A stretch of DNA of 64,000 nucleotides from Podarcis vaucheri (Eukaryota). Positions 23,930 to 37,976 of the stretch are shown here, one piece after another (position 1 is the first letter of the stretch; each line of letters begins with the position of its first letter). A program made the position numbers and the translations under genes. Location of the stretch: assembly GCA_965113315.1 (NCBI GenBank), contig OZ220364.1, one strand, 5' to 3'. The notes under the pieces are model-generated. The model searched no databases. It saw only the letters and a list, made by a program, of their open reading frames with translations, and was not told the DNA's origin.

Positions 23930-26900
23930 GTAAGGAAACGTATAAAAAAACAAAACACTATAGCACCAAAGCCATGACGATCTTCACACAGGGGATGACC
24001 TAGCAGAACGGGATAGGGACACAGAAGCAAATAGGCTGGAAAAAGCTTCCTAATCCAACTTCTGAAACGCCATTCTCTCTCCGCCTTCAATACCTGAAAG
24101 ACTGCACCATCTCTCAGGGGAGCTAAACCATCGGATTGTAAATTTAATATTTCACCGTACATCAATGGGGAACTCTTTAAGTTAAAAGGCCTCTGTAGAC
24201 CCAGGGAAAGATGCATACATTTTGCCCCAAGTTATCCTGATGGGAAAAATACGTCACCATGTCATTAGTGTTCGTGGTGTTAGACCTCTGCAAAAATGGT
24301 CATGGCACTTGATTTGAGTCCCAACTATTTACCTGTTAGTGCTAGTTTAGATTAGATTAAGTCATGTTGGTTACAGACAATTGTAAATCAGTAAGAAGTG
24401 ACTTGTACAGAAATGGGAGAGAGATATAATGAGAATGGAGAAAGTTTTCAGTTGCAAACAACCAAAAGTAAGTGAACCATATTTTTTTTTGAAAGATAGA
24501 AATTTGTTTTGTACGTTTCTTTTTAAACGAGCAGCCACAAATTTATGCTGTATGCTTTCAACATAAGCAATATTTGCTGTACAAGCTGCAATGAGCTGCA
24601 TTAAAAAAATTAAAATGTTATTTGTGTCAAACTCTTACTGACCACTAGGAAATCTCTCCTTTTCTTATATGAGAGCCCCAAAAATGAACCTTCCTATGCT
24701 CAGTAAAATAAAGGAATTGAAGATAAACCTACAACTGTAATACTGAATTAAATGTAGACATAACTGTTGGTGAGATAATCTCTTCAACTAATAGCTTCAC
24801 ATGGATGCTCATAGCCTTAGGAGATTTTGCTGGAACATAAGTTTTCATAACTTCAGTTGCAGAGGAGGAAATGAGAAAAGACTAAACATTCCATTTACAA
24901 CATCGCACACTTAAACTAATAAAAAATACGCAGCCTAGATATTAGAGGTGCAAAACATTCATGAAACTGGAGATCAGATCAATACCCTTGTATTGTGGAG
25001 AGAGAGAGCCATAGCTAAGCATTTTATATGCCAATGAATTAAGCATGTCCTTAACTCTTAGATGTACTTTGGCCAGGTTGTGGCCTTACACTTGGGGGAT
25101 GGGGTGTTTCAGCTTACTCCATCCCGTCAAAAGGAAGGCAGGATCCGAAGATGGAATGCAAAAGTGAGGATTCTGTGTAGGGAATCTAGGTTAAAACACA
25201 ATTGACTTGATCCTGAACAGCATGCAACTTGGCCTCAATTTCTTGAGGCAGCATCAAGAAAGTAAATATATTTCCACCCCCAAAAAAGTGAGGTTATTAT
25301 GAGGGCTTGCTTGGTGACACTGAACCCAACGTGTGACAGTGTTCAATAACTTATGCTTGCTTATGTGAATGGGAAGGGAGTTTGAATAATAAGAAAAGAA
25401 CTGATGCTTCCAGAGGATGAAAACAATTTGGAGAGCTACCATATCCTTGCATACCATTTTAAAAACTTGAGCCAACACCTAAGTGCCTAGGATGGGAGCA
25501 AGCCAACAGTAACATTAGCATAACATCAGTAAACATAATTTTCCACTGGCATTGGAGGTGGTGTTCCATGCTGATAAACTCACAGTTATTGAAGAACAGG
25601 GTCCAGGAAAATAGAGGTTATAATAAAGAAGCTTAAATCAGCTAGGAATCCGAACATGGAGAAGATGTTGAGGTCTGCTATTGCTTAATAACTACAACCA
25701 CAGTTAATATGTACAATACACAAAGCTGACAAGTACTTACAGTATTGTATTCTGTGCAACTGCATTGAGACGGAATAGCAGTCTCTGGTTGATTACTGTC
25801 TCTTAAGTTTAACACATTATTGCAGGCTTGTTGTTTTTTTTAGTTGGGAAATGCGGAAGCTTTTAAAAGGTGCAGAGTGTGTTATGCATTGCTAAGAGGA
25901 TCAGGATGTGAGCCTTCTGGGGGTCACGGAGGCAAGGTAATATTTGGCAGCAGATTCAGACAGGGTGAGTGACCTTTCCTGCAGGTTAAATGCTGAAACT
26001 GCTGAAGGCAAAGTAATGTGGGAATGACATCGGTCTTGATTACTCCAGTTTGTAATGTGATTTTGCTCGGTTATCAAAAGTGCTCTTTATGTAGGAATAA
26101 TAAAAGCTGCCTCCCAAGCAGTCAGTACTTTTAAGTAGGAATTCAGCAAAGGGTTATTATGATCACTAACCACTTAGCTACTGGTTCATTATACCCACAT
26201 TCTAAGCATAATATCTCCATACAGTACTAGGTTCTTTTCTTTTCTCTGAATTTCCAGCTGTCTGGATATTCACATCTCTGCCTCAGTAAGTCTGCTTGCA
26301 TGAACTATCAGTTTAGTTATGTCTTTCACTGCCTAGAGACTTCACATGAGGCAGTTGTGAAGTACTGTATTAACAAATAATAAGTTCTAGGGTTTTCCCC
26401 CTTTTCATTAATTATGTCTCTTATCTAAAAGCCATTTTTGAATGATGCACATTGATCCCTCTTGCTCTCTGCTTGTAATACAGGGTATTTAGTATTCTAC
26501 ATGGCTAAAGTCAATTGGTAGCCTATGTGGAATGATGAAATAGCAGCTTCTATTTGTAATATCAGCTTCTGTTTGTAATGGAAAACAGCTTTCTTTCCCT
26601 TGTGGTGTTGAAAATTAAATGAAGAATATCTTCTGAATTCTGAAGTACACTGCACATGACCTTGCTCTTCGCCTGACCACCACCATCCTCCTCCTCCTCC
26701 TCTCCTTGTCTTTAAATATATACCAGTCAAGAACATTTCTCTCCAATGCAAGGCTTCATTTAAAACTAAACTGGAATCAGTTTGGAGAGAATGTGCAAAT
26801 TTGAGATCTACACACTCTTTGCAGAGTTCCTGTTCCTGAATATAACAGAAGCCTACACCCTTGACTCTAATAATTTAAGTGGCGTGTTTACTGTTTATGT

Positions 26901-29459
26901 TATTGTCAGAAATACTAGTTCCTTAAGAAAGGGGGATTAGACTAGTTGACTTTCAGGTTTATTTCAGCTCTTTGCTTTTAGAATGCTTTTCATAGAAAAA
27001 ACTATTAGGTATATTAAGAGATTTTAGATTTAGTAGTATGACTGAGCCTTTTTCAGGTAATATCAGCTTCTGTATATCGTTTCAGATTTAATTCAGCCAT
27101 TGAACTTGGAGAATATTGACAAATGAGTTTATTTTGTTTCCAGAAGTAAGATTTTGTACTTTTTTATTTTTAGACATGCTTTTATTGTTGACAAACAGCT
27201 GGTGATGGCACTGTAATACTACACTTAAAACAATGCCACTAAATTGTAGCTTATGTTGCTTTAATGGCTGCAAAGAACAGTCTATAGAAAAAACCGGTTT
27301 GGCAGAGCGAGAGTGTAAACACGGATTTTGTTTAATCAGAAACCCTTTTCCCATTTGCTGAAGACATGCGTTGTGTGGCCTTGTTCCTTTAAGGAAGTCC
27401 TGCAATTGGAATGCATGAATGAAGGTAGAGCTGTGGAGAGAAGTGGAGACAATGAGCCTTGTTTCTGGCAGCTGGAACATGATGATGTGGCTGTACTGAC
27501 ATAATGCAGTAACTTCCCAAGGAATGTTTGCTATGAGAGCTCAAGGGAGTGAACTAGGAAACCTAAACTATAAAGAATCAGGGGAATATTTCTACTTCTT
27601 GGCTTATTATTTAGTTCAGAATAAATATACCAGAAGAGAATTGCAGTCACAGGCCAAATAGCCTGCCTAGCTGCTATGGCTCAGCAGGCATGATGTTCAT
27701 GCAAGTGATATACACAATTATTTCATTTTTTTCCTTGATGTTTTACATTTCTACTTTCTCTCTCTAAGATGCTCAGGGTGATGTGATCGGTCCCCCATTT
27801 TCCCTTATAACAACTGGATTAGGCTAAGAGATGGTGATTGTCCCAGGCTTATCAACTGAGAGTCATGGTTTAACATGGATTTTAATTACTTGCATGCGCA
27901 CGCACATACACACACACACGCATATCTGCCATTGTTTGTTTCCATTGTGATCCTTGGTGGTAAACAAGGAGGAGGAATATAGTCAACAGCCATTAAACGG
28001 GGGTGGGAGGGCATCTGTACTTACTTTCAGAAATAACAATAGTTTGCTCCAGGAGTGAAGTACTTCACATCCGTTCTGCTTGCACTGCTGTTCTTCTCAC
28101 CTGGTTCTCACCCCCTTCCTAAGCTGAGAATAAACCATGTAGTAGCTGGTACATAGAGCATGTAAGAAAGGATTCTTCTTTGCATTATGTGATGTGTAAG
28201 TTAGGATGAAGGAGGCTGCATTGCAAAACAAATCTGCATTGCAAAACAAATCTACCTAAGTATTTCTCCTACCTGGGAAGACAGAACTCGTTACAGGCTT
28301 CTCCCAAGTCTTTTTATGTGTTGCATTTGGGGACAAAGCAACGTATGGAGGGACAGCTTGGAGATAAGAGTAGAGCCAGCAGGCATGATCCCAATTTCCG
28401 TCTGTTTAAGGGTCCTGTTTGAACATGGATAGGCTCTTGTATGCATGACTGGGAAACCTTCATTTTTCCAGGATACTAGATGTTAAGCACTTTCAGGTAT
28501 ATTTGCGTAGATTCCATTCATTTGGGACCCATGAGTTCATGGAAGTCCAGGAAAGGACCAGCAGGTGTTTGCTGACCACCTGTACAGCACTACTGACTTT
28601 CAGCTATTCAAAGAGAAGCAGCAACAAATTACTGCTAACCAAACATAAACAGTAGGGAAATACCTAATAGTAGCTCCAGCAGTAAACCAGGCATGAACTG
28701 CTAATGCAAACATACCATATGTGTACACTTAAGCCATATAATGTTAATGCCCACTCCAGAGCACAAATCTAAGCATTCTTCTCTCTCAGGATCCGTAGTC
28801 TGTTTAGGCAACTTGTCACTTGTTTTGCTCACATGTAACAACACAAAATGATGTTACTGTCTTTCACTGTGGGTTCCGGCATTCATTATGCTTCATCCTT
28901 GTACCAAGATGTAACTGCTGCACTTTCCACTAGGTGTCTATAAATCTTTTGATACAGAAGAGTAGCTGTTAACTGCAAAAGTTTTTCAAAGTACTGTATT
29001 CATTTAAAGGGCTTCAAAGGGATAATTGCAATGTAATATGTTACTTGACGGTAACTAACCTGGAGTGTGTTGCAGTGATGAAGAATGCGCAGTTACATCC
29101 TGTGTCTTCAGCATTGCTAATACTCCAGTTGTTGTTTTTTTAAGAATCTGAACATTTTCATAGAGTTTCTGGGCAAATGTATTCAACATGTAAATCAGCA
29201 GGTTTGCCACTCATATGAAATGTGAATATATCTTAAAACTTGAACATTTTTTTAAAAAAGTATATTGCTAGATGAGGAGGTTGATAAAAACGACCCGGTT
29301 GGCAAGAAAAGATTGTTGGATTATGTAAAACCATCCTAATCACAACTTTAGGTAATAATAAAATTACTTTATTGCACTAGCCAAAGACCATGGCATCATT
29401 CTCAAAGGGAACAAAAAGAAAAGCAATAAAAACCATAAAAACATCAGGCACTGCAGATA

Positions 29460-29762
29460 CAGTGGTGCCCCGCAAGACGAATGCCTCGCAAGACGAAAAA
29501 CCCGCTAGACGAAAGGGTTTTCCGTTTTTCGATGCACTTCGCAAGACGAATTTCCCTATGGGCTTGCTTCGCAAGACGAAAACGTCTTGCGAGTCCTGCG
29601 ATTTTTTTCACTCCCCCCCTTTTTCTATGCCGCTAAATGGCCGCTAAACCGCTAATAGCGCTAATCCACTAAGCCGCTAATGGGGTTGCTTCGCAAGACG
29701 AAAAAACCGCTAGACGAAGAGACTCACGGAACGGATTATTTTCGTCTTGCGAGGCACCACAT
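29460..29762. mobile_element. Tc1/mariner (Tigger/pogo-like) MITE
   Basis: TIRs CAGTGGTGCCCCGCAAGACGAA / TTCGTCTTGCGAGGCACCAC, TA flanks, internal CGCAAGACGAA repeats, CpG-rich. Confidence 0.88.
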
Positions 29763-29889
29763 TACAATAAACCATGATCACATCTCCTAAAAATTATTTG
29801 TTGCATACGATAGAATAGCAGGGGGTTCTCAGGTAAAATGTGCCAGCTTAAATGTCTGGATCACCTTTGCAATTGACCGCTATTTTATC

Positions 29890-30330
29890 TAGTTCTTTTC
29901 TCCTGATCTTCTTAGCTGCCAATGCATAGAGTGCTACTTTATAAGTTACGAAGTCATCAGTATCACTCAGCAGCCATTTCACCCTTTCCACCCTGTTTCA
30001 GTGTGTTCCATTCATAAGCAGGGGTTTTATAAATCAATCTCCTGGTTCTATATGTAGTGGGCATTGCAATAAATAGTGGTACAGATGCTCTACACAAGGT
30101 TGCCCACACAGACAAACTCTCTCCTTGCACTGTACTTTGCCGTACCGACCATCCACCACCGCCGAGGGCATCGATTGGAATCGTAATTCTGTAAAAGCGA
30201 TTCTTAGTATGGCAAGTGGGAGCTTTGTCAAATAATTAGCTCAGATGTGCTCCGTTTTGATAAGTGGGAACCATGGTGAATTTTTGGTAGAGGCAATTGT
30301 AGTTAAATCCCTTTCTGCATCGGACCTGAA
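29890..30330 (-). mobile_element. Non-LTR retrotransposon ORF2 C-terminal remnant (RTE-X-like)
   Basis: ORF 30034-30231 reads AFTELRFQSMPS..GRY...ERVCLC...VE..YHYLLQCP, a CCHC zinc knuckle. Clade and boundaries approximate. Confidence 0.65.
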
Positions 30331-33300
30331 GAGACAATCTCTTAAGTGCCTCTTATCCATCCATCTTCATGATCACCTGAAGATCTTGGGTCAAGAGGCA
30401 TTGGACGCCATCCTTCCAACATTTGGTCTGTTCCTGCTCTGTGTGGGAAAATCTCTCCTCTGAGAGAGATTCAAGTCTTTTCACATAGTTTAGACACAGA
30501 TAGTCAATTCTAGCCCATATTGCACAACTTTAGGTAATTCACAAGAGTATTGCTACCTCATGGCTTGCCCAGAAATTTCTCAGCCAGATTAGTCAGTTAG
30601 AAATACATAGTTTAATTAAATTTACACAAGACCCTTCTTTTCCCCCCCATAATGCATTTTAGGCAATGAACTTGGCCAGCCTTATTGCTAAAGCTGGGGT
30701 GTATGTTTTGTTTGATTAGTGGGGAGGCTTTTGGGGTGGAGTTGATAGGGGCCTAAAACTTTCTGCAGTGTCTCTCTCTGCACCCAGTTAACCACTCTGA
30801 AATTCAAGTCCTTACATTGCTGGGAATTCAGAAATACATGGGTTATTTTATTGGCTAGGTTTTGTAAACAAATGTACAATAACTCTCATTTCTGACATGG
30901 CCAGAAATACTTATCAGATACACCAGACTGAAGCATTGTGGATAAAGAAGGGAATGAAAAAGGTCACTCCATCGAGTGGCAGAAAGCTTCCCAACTTGTC
31001 TCATAATTCTGGTTGTGCTGCTCTGAAGAAGCGTGATGCAGATTGCCTGGCACTGTGGGCTGTACCGCTGTGATTGGCTGGATGTTGTTTGACCCAAAAT
31101 CTGCGCAGTCAGAAGGATGCTGCTGGCTATCTCTGCAGTATCTGAAGCTCTTATTTATTTATGAGTCTAAACAAGCAGGTGTGTTCAGCTAGTGGAAACT
31201 TTTTCTCCTAACTGCTGAGCTGCCATACTGCTAAACCAGTGGCCTGTGTAAGATGTGGAGGCAAAGATTATATTTAGTTATTAAATTTAGAGCAGGGAAA
31301 CCCTTTTGAACCCAAGGGCCAGAGGCCAAAGTAGATGGAGCAATTAATGTGATTTTTTTCTTTGTACGGTAGGCTACTTTCTTCGCACACGCACATCCCT
31401 CTCTATCTTTCATCCAAGCAAGCAACTCGAGTTCAAGGGCATACTGCAGCCAGGAAAAACCACTCAAGGGAGATGTGGAGGAGGACTGGTGAGGGGTGTA
31501 GCCTGAGGAGAGTTCAGAGGGCCAGCTATGGAGGCATAAAATGCTACATTTGGCCCTCGCTTGGTTTTAGAGCCTCTTCCAGCATTAAAAAATAAAATAA
31601 AAAATTGTGGGCACAGAAGTGCTTCATGAATAATTTCCACAGTTAAATTGTATTATAGGAAATACTAATGCAATCAGCCTTAAGTAGGGCTGGACGATAT
31701 CAGCTTTTTGACGATATACCGAGATGTTGAAAAAACTGCATTGGCCTCTGCCCACGAGGCACCTGGTGAAACTGCCCCAGCTTTCACCTCTCGCCTCACA
31801 ACTCATTGTGTCGTCTTCATTTTGTAGCAGTATTCACATGGATTAAAAAATGTAATGTGGAAAGGCAGCCCCTTCCATGGACTAGATTCTGGTCACTGGA
31901 ACATGTCAAGGAGATTCCGAAATCGATTTTCTTAAAGGAAAGAAAAATCCACACACACCCCGCCAAATCTCCTGGAGAAAGGGAATTATTTATGCACAGA
32001 TTGATCTGTAACTTCCTGTGAGAACCTCCTATGGAAGATCTTTTTAGCACTTGGTTCCACATGCAGGAGAGAGTAGAATTAGAAGGAAATTGCAGTTAGA
32101 AAGTCAAGCCAGTGGGTGATTTGAGGGCAGGGGAGAAGCAAAATGGATCCTCTGAACCCTGGAATGGCCACCTGGCTGCAGATGTTTCTCCCTGTCTAAT
32201 CTATAAATAGAAAAATTTGCCTCATGAATCCTAAATGTCATTCCAACTCTAGCGACATAGACTTGTATTAGTCATTTGGGGCACGTCAGCAGCCTAGGAG
32301 GAGGTGGGGAAAGCAATTTGTTTTGCAACTTAGAAAAACCTTCCTGAATACCTGCCTGAAATTATTTTTTAAATGGGCACAATCCAGCACTCCTGTTGGA
32401 ATCAATGAGATTGGAAATCAAAGGGTCTTACATTCTGCCAGATCACAACCTCTGCTAAATTGCCAATATCATCTTTCAGTAATGGAGTATTTTGCTGCTG
32501 CTTCTTTTTCATTTAAGCTATCATTTTTTGATAGCTGATAGTTTTAGCCTTTTATCATATGACTGGTCTTCTATACCTATTAATATTTCAATATTTCTCT
32601 GTTTTACTCCCTTTAATAGTGAAGTCAGGTGCTGAGGGTCAACAGAATTGGAGCCCAAAGGGGAGCCATTAGGAAACAAGATGGGGGAGGTATCTGCATC
32701 CTCAGGGAAACCCCAAGATTTGCAAAACTAAGTCTCCCCCCTTTTTTTTAAAGTGGCAGCTTCTCTCCCCCCCAAAACAGTCCAAGGACTTTGTAGCCAC
32801 AGAACACTGAGAGTCCAGTTGCAAAGGAAAACCTGGGAAGGGCAATTGAGGTATAGAAGTTGGAGGAAAGGGATGGCTAGCTGGCTGTTCCTGTTAGGAG
32901 ATAACGATATACTGCAACATTTTGGTTGCAGGTCCCACTTGTTCCTTACTATTGGTCACCATGCTTGTGTCTTTACTGTGCCACTACCATACTAAATGAA
33001 GCATGAAGGGGATTCTTATGTGCGTTTGAAGTAAATGGGTACATGGCTCCGAAGGAAGGTGCGGTTTGGAACGGTGCTCTTGAGAATGAATAGTAATGGC
33101 TCTGCACCATTGGCTCCTTCCCAGAGAAGAATTATTATTTCTGCTCAGTCACCTACACAGAGTGCAGCAGTGAGTGCAAAGGATTATGGGGACTAGGTAG
33201 CCTGTTTCTAAAGACCTGAACAACACAGATAATGAGCTGGTTATGTTGAGGGCTGAAGAATAAAGCAACCATGAGGTCGGTCAGGATCCCCAGCTTTGTA

Positions 33301-33860
33301 TGACGCACGGATGCAGAAAGGAGTTTGGGAGTTTCTGCAGTGCAGCTCCTTCCCACATGACTACGGTAATGTAAGAAGCTCCAGGCCACATGGGAGGTGG
33401 GTGTGCTGCATCTCCTCCCCACACCAGCAAGATTTCTCCTGGAATCTAGGACAGAAGCTGGCGCAGGAACAGGCTGCAGCAGGGGCTCCTCTTATGTGCC
33501 CAAGTCTTCGGATGCTATCTTCAAGGTGCAGGAAGGAGCAGGCTGAACCACAAGAAGTGGCTCTGTGTTAACAATAACCCAGATTCACAGTGTTCACAGT
33601 AGATGTTTATGCCTCTTGATTGCTCTACCTTAGTGTATCTCTGAAAGGCAGTTGCAAGCACAGACTCTTCCTGATTTAGTAAGGGTATGCAAGGATCACC
33701 CAGGTTGTAGACAAGTATGGGGACAGGGGAAAGGTTATTTATTGTTGGCAAAATGCTGGGAAATACAGTGTAATGAAGAAATGCCAACTGAGACATCTTA
33801 AATGCCATGTAATACCTCAACGTCGGTAAGCATTTATGGTTACTGTTTTCATACTGATTA

Positions 33861-34086
33861 CAGTGGTACCTCGGGTTACATACGCTTCAGGTTACAGACT
33901 CTGCTAACCCAGAAATAGTACCTCGGGTTAAGAACTTTGCTTCAGGATGAGAACAGAAATTGTGCTCCGGCGGTGCAGCGGCAGCAGGAGGCCCCATTAG
34001 CTAAAGCGGTGCTTCAGGTTAAGAACAGTTTCAGGTTAAGGACAGACCTCTGGAATGAATTAAGTACTTAACCCGAGGTACCACTG
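33861..34086. mobile_element. Tc1/mariner (Tigger/pogo-like) MITE
   Basis: TA|CAGTGGTACCTCGGGTTA...TAACCCGAGGTACCACTG|TA, perfect TIRs. Confidence 0.92.
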
Positions 34087-35960
34087 TAAATGCTTTATGT
34101 TAGGCTACTCCGAAGAAGACCGGGCATCTTAGAATATCCTGGGGCAGTAAAAATGCTCAAGGAGCGTGGTCTGGCCCTTTGCACGTCTTGCAGAAGAGTT
34201 CTTTCCCAGGGAACACAGGCCCATAAACTTAAAGAGATTTAAACTGGATTAAAGTATCATGGTGTTGACTTGTGGGAAGCAGAAGTTACAAATCAGACTG
34301 AGCCACTCTCCATTTTGATTCTGATGTAGTTGGTCAGGAACCTATTTGAGAGTAGATTGACATGATTTACATATTGTTGCACTAAGAACAAAGGAAGAGT
34401 CTGTGAAAATGATTCCTAGGCTTTATGCTTACCTGCTGCTACAGAGGGCTGAAAGGTGCTGTGGCCCATGATAGAGACAAGCAGGTTCTCCAGACACTAA
34501 TGAGTGGCTGCCGATTGAACAGCAGATTCTTTTCCTTCATGCAACTACGTACTTTGCTATCCACATACTTTTAAGTGGCTGCATTGGCAAGAGGAGATTT
34601 TTTAAATGATACTTTTCTTTATGGGGAGGCTGATGAGAGGAGAGGAGTGCTTTGTGGTTTAACTAAAGAGAAACTGATTGGGGGGGATCTAGTTATGGGC
34701 TTAGATACATTAAGGGAGGGTTTATCTATAGATTATCTGAGAAATCAACTGGTTAGCTTTCTGAGAAATAGGTATTGTTGTTGCAGCCAAAAAAAAAGTG
34801 ACCTCAGACAAGTGGCCTGGTGTTTGGAGGACCAGGCTCTTGCTTGTCTCTTTGCCTCATTGGTTTGCCTTCTATGAAATGGGTATTGTGTTGCAGTAGG
34901 CAAATGGGGTGCTTCAATGAATTGCTTAGTGTTTTCAGCTCTGAGAGAGAGAGAGAGAAATAGCCTGTGCATTGTAACTTCTTAGCTTCCACATCTGTAA
35001 AATGGGTAATTTTTTTTTATAGAAAGACTTCTGCCTCCTTAATTCCTCGATCACCATGTGTGAATTATTCAACTCAGTAGCATAGCTCATTTTCTTGAGG
35101 CATATATCTGCTCTTCGTGTATCTTCTTTTCTGCTTACTGTTCATAGCACAGTTGTCGTCTGGATTGCCTTTCATTTCTGGGGTCTTGGTATCATGTGTG
35201 GATAAGCATTGCCCTTGCAATCACATGCAGTAGTATACATCTTAGATTAGTGTAGTTTTTTATGGGGGGGTGGGCTGCCAACTGGCCAAGCTCTGCTCTT
35301 ATCTTTAACATGCCAGACTCAGTGGTTGTATTAGTAATGACTTCACTTTGGTAGGCACCGGCTGCCACTGCGTTCTTGATTCCTGAACTGATGCTCTGTT
35401 TTCCAAAATGAATCTTAGGGACAATTTAAATGTTCAGCAAAATCAAGCAGTAAAACGTTCCCTTGTTGTCCCACACTTGACTCAGGTATGCAAAGCAAAA
35501 TGCTTTTTTTTGAATGTGTGGAGACTTTTGTCATGGGATATCGTTCGGATTGGCAAAGCCCCTCCTTAGCCAGTTGAAATGACCAACAAGGACAAATTCC
35601 ACTTCTTAATTCTACTTAAGCTGGCCTTTTTATTGTGGTTTTATTTAAAAAAAACCCCACAATACTAACATGGTTTCTTTATTTGCCATTGAGTTGTTAA
35701 AAGCTCTTGTCAAATGCTTGAAAAATTGTATTTTAGTATGTATAACATATCTAGTGTTTCTGTATGTATATATGTATATATGTAATATAATATAATATCT
35801 ACACAGAGGTGGATTAAATGGACAGCTGGCGATTAAAGTGTGTTGTGTAGACCTTCATCATTTTACACTGATGGTTATGAATTCCACAATTTGTTCAGTT
35901 GTAAAGAAAGGCTAGCAATCTCAACTGTGGTTAGCTTAGTCTGGAGTTATGAGTGTTACA

Positions 35961-36032
35961 TTTCCAGAGGGGTAGACAGGTTAAAACTTGCAGCAAAAGC
36001 TACAGAGAGGCTTGTGGCACCTTAAAGGCTAG
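35961..36032. mobile_element. Possible Penelope-like terminal-repeat remnant
   Basis: tccagaggggtag...gcagcaaaa...gtggcaccttaaaggcta resembles reptile Penelope/Neptune repeat ends, recalled from memory. Confidence 0.4.
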
Positions 36033-37937
36033 TTGCCTAACCTAGAGTCCTTGTCAAGTTGCCGTGGAGCAGAGGAATGATGAATGAAGGTCATGAGGTT
36101 CCTAAAAAGCATGCCGTAAAAAGCTTCCTAAAGCTGTATAAATTTTAAAAAGCTTTAAAATCTCTGGAGGTTGAAACACAAGAAGTTAAAGGCAGGGATA
36201 AACCATTAAATCTGCCTTCTTTGGCTTGAAAGACCTGCAAACAAAATGTGGCTTTGGAGACCAGTATTACCTGAGACGTCAAAAATGCCCAAAGTAAGCC
36301 CTCTCAGGACATAGGAGATGATATCAGATAATGTGTCGTGGCCTCCTTAAGCACACTTAGGAAAGCAATTGAGATCTGAACAGCAAGAGTCTTGGAAACA
36401 TCTACTGATCACATAAGTTGTCTCAGATCAAGGAGAGAAGACAGACTCAAAAGGCTAAACAAAGCAACAAGCATTAGTAGATAAGGTGAGCAATATTTTC
36501 ATGGAAGATGCAGACATTTGTACTGCCTTCACTTTGGAGGCTTCAAAAAAGGAGTTGAAAATAATGATTTTATTCCTTACCACCTGCATTAAAAAAGCTT
36601 TAGCAATGGAACATGCGACTGGGAGCAGAGCAGTCTCTACGGGCCTCTTTTGACATTGTTATGTTTCTGCATTTTCACGACAAGAAAACTATTAAGAAAG
36701 AGCAGCGACTGTTAAAGCATGAAGTTGAAAGCATGAAGGGTATTGTATTTCAAGGTCTCTCTGTGGAAATGATGCATAAGTCCAAAATTATGAACTCATC
36801 ACAGTCCTAATAGTTGAAGGATTACAACAATGAGGGGGACTTGCTCTGTTGTGCTGAAGTGTGTGGTGCTCTGAAGTGTGTGGTGGCAATAAGCCCCAGA
36901 TTAACCATTTTTACAAGTTTAAAGGACAAAAAGAAGAACTGAGGCAGCCCCCAGATTGTATCATACAGGAATCCAAAGGAGCTTGCTTTCTGAAACAGAC
37001 CCACAGCCCAAACTGAGTCATGATTTGCTGAGACCAAATTGAATCCAAGTTATGTGGATTCCTCCCTCATCCCTAAAGGCAACTGAAAACCTCTGAATAT
37101 AACCAATTGTGTTTTGAACAAACCACAGTTATAGGTGAAAAAAAAATGAGAACTTGAAAAGGTTACTCGAAAAAATAGTGAAATGGAACGATTTTTGAAA
37201 GATGGCATTACAATCATTTGTAACATCTCAGTAAGATTCGAGTGCTAATAACATGGTATGTTTGAAAAACCGAATTTCTTCTGGAACAAGAGATATGGAC
37301 AAGCTTACATCCTTGGTGGTAGTTCAAAGGAGAACTGTTTCAAAGTTGTGGCATTTTGGTACATTACCTGAGAGCCTTAAACACTTTATAAAGATGGAGA
37401 TGCTTGGAATGTCCTGGTGTTCTTGGTTACTCACTTGAACTTCTGGTGGCCTTGGCTAGCAATTCAGTGAGCTTTTCCAGCTGGATGAAAAGGTCTCTGC
37501 CTAAGGCGATCATTTTGAATTGATTTTAAACCACTGTTCAGTTGCTTTTTGCACTGTTTTTAAAACGATGTTTAGCTTGTCTTATGGTAAGCATGGAAAT
37601 CGCCTGGTGACACATGTAAAGGTGATTCATAAATTAATAAATAATAATAATTCTGGATATGTGTCCTTCACAGAAAGTACAGTGGTTGGAATTACAGTCA
37701 CTAGCTATACTGGTTGGGATATGTAAATCAAAAGATAACTACCTGGCTTTATAAAATAAGCTAGATGCTCACAGTTCAATGATGAAAATCATCTAAACCA
37801 TTAAAAGAGACAGATTAGATTTATAAATTATAGGGGATATTCTAAAGATGGACAAACTAAATCTGGGGTCAAAATAGATTATTTTATAGCAAAATTTTGG
37901 CCTATGATTGGAGAATGCTCGAGCCAAGATTCATATA

Positions 37938-37976
37938 TCTCTATCTATCTATCATCTATCTATCTATCTATATCTA
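37938..37976. repeat. (TCTA)n microsatellite
   Basis: Imperfect TCTA array seen directly. Confidence 0.85.
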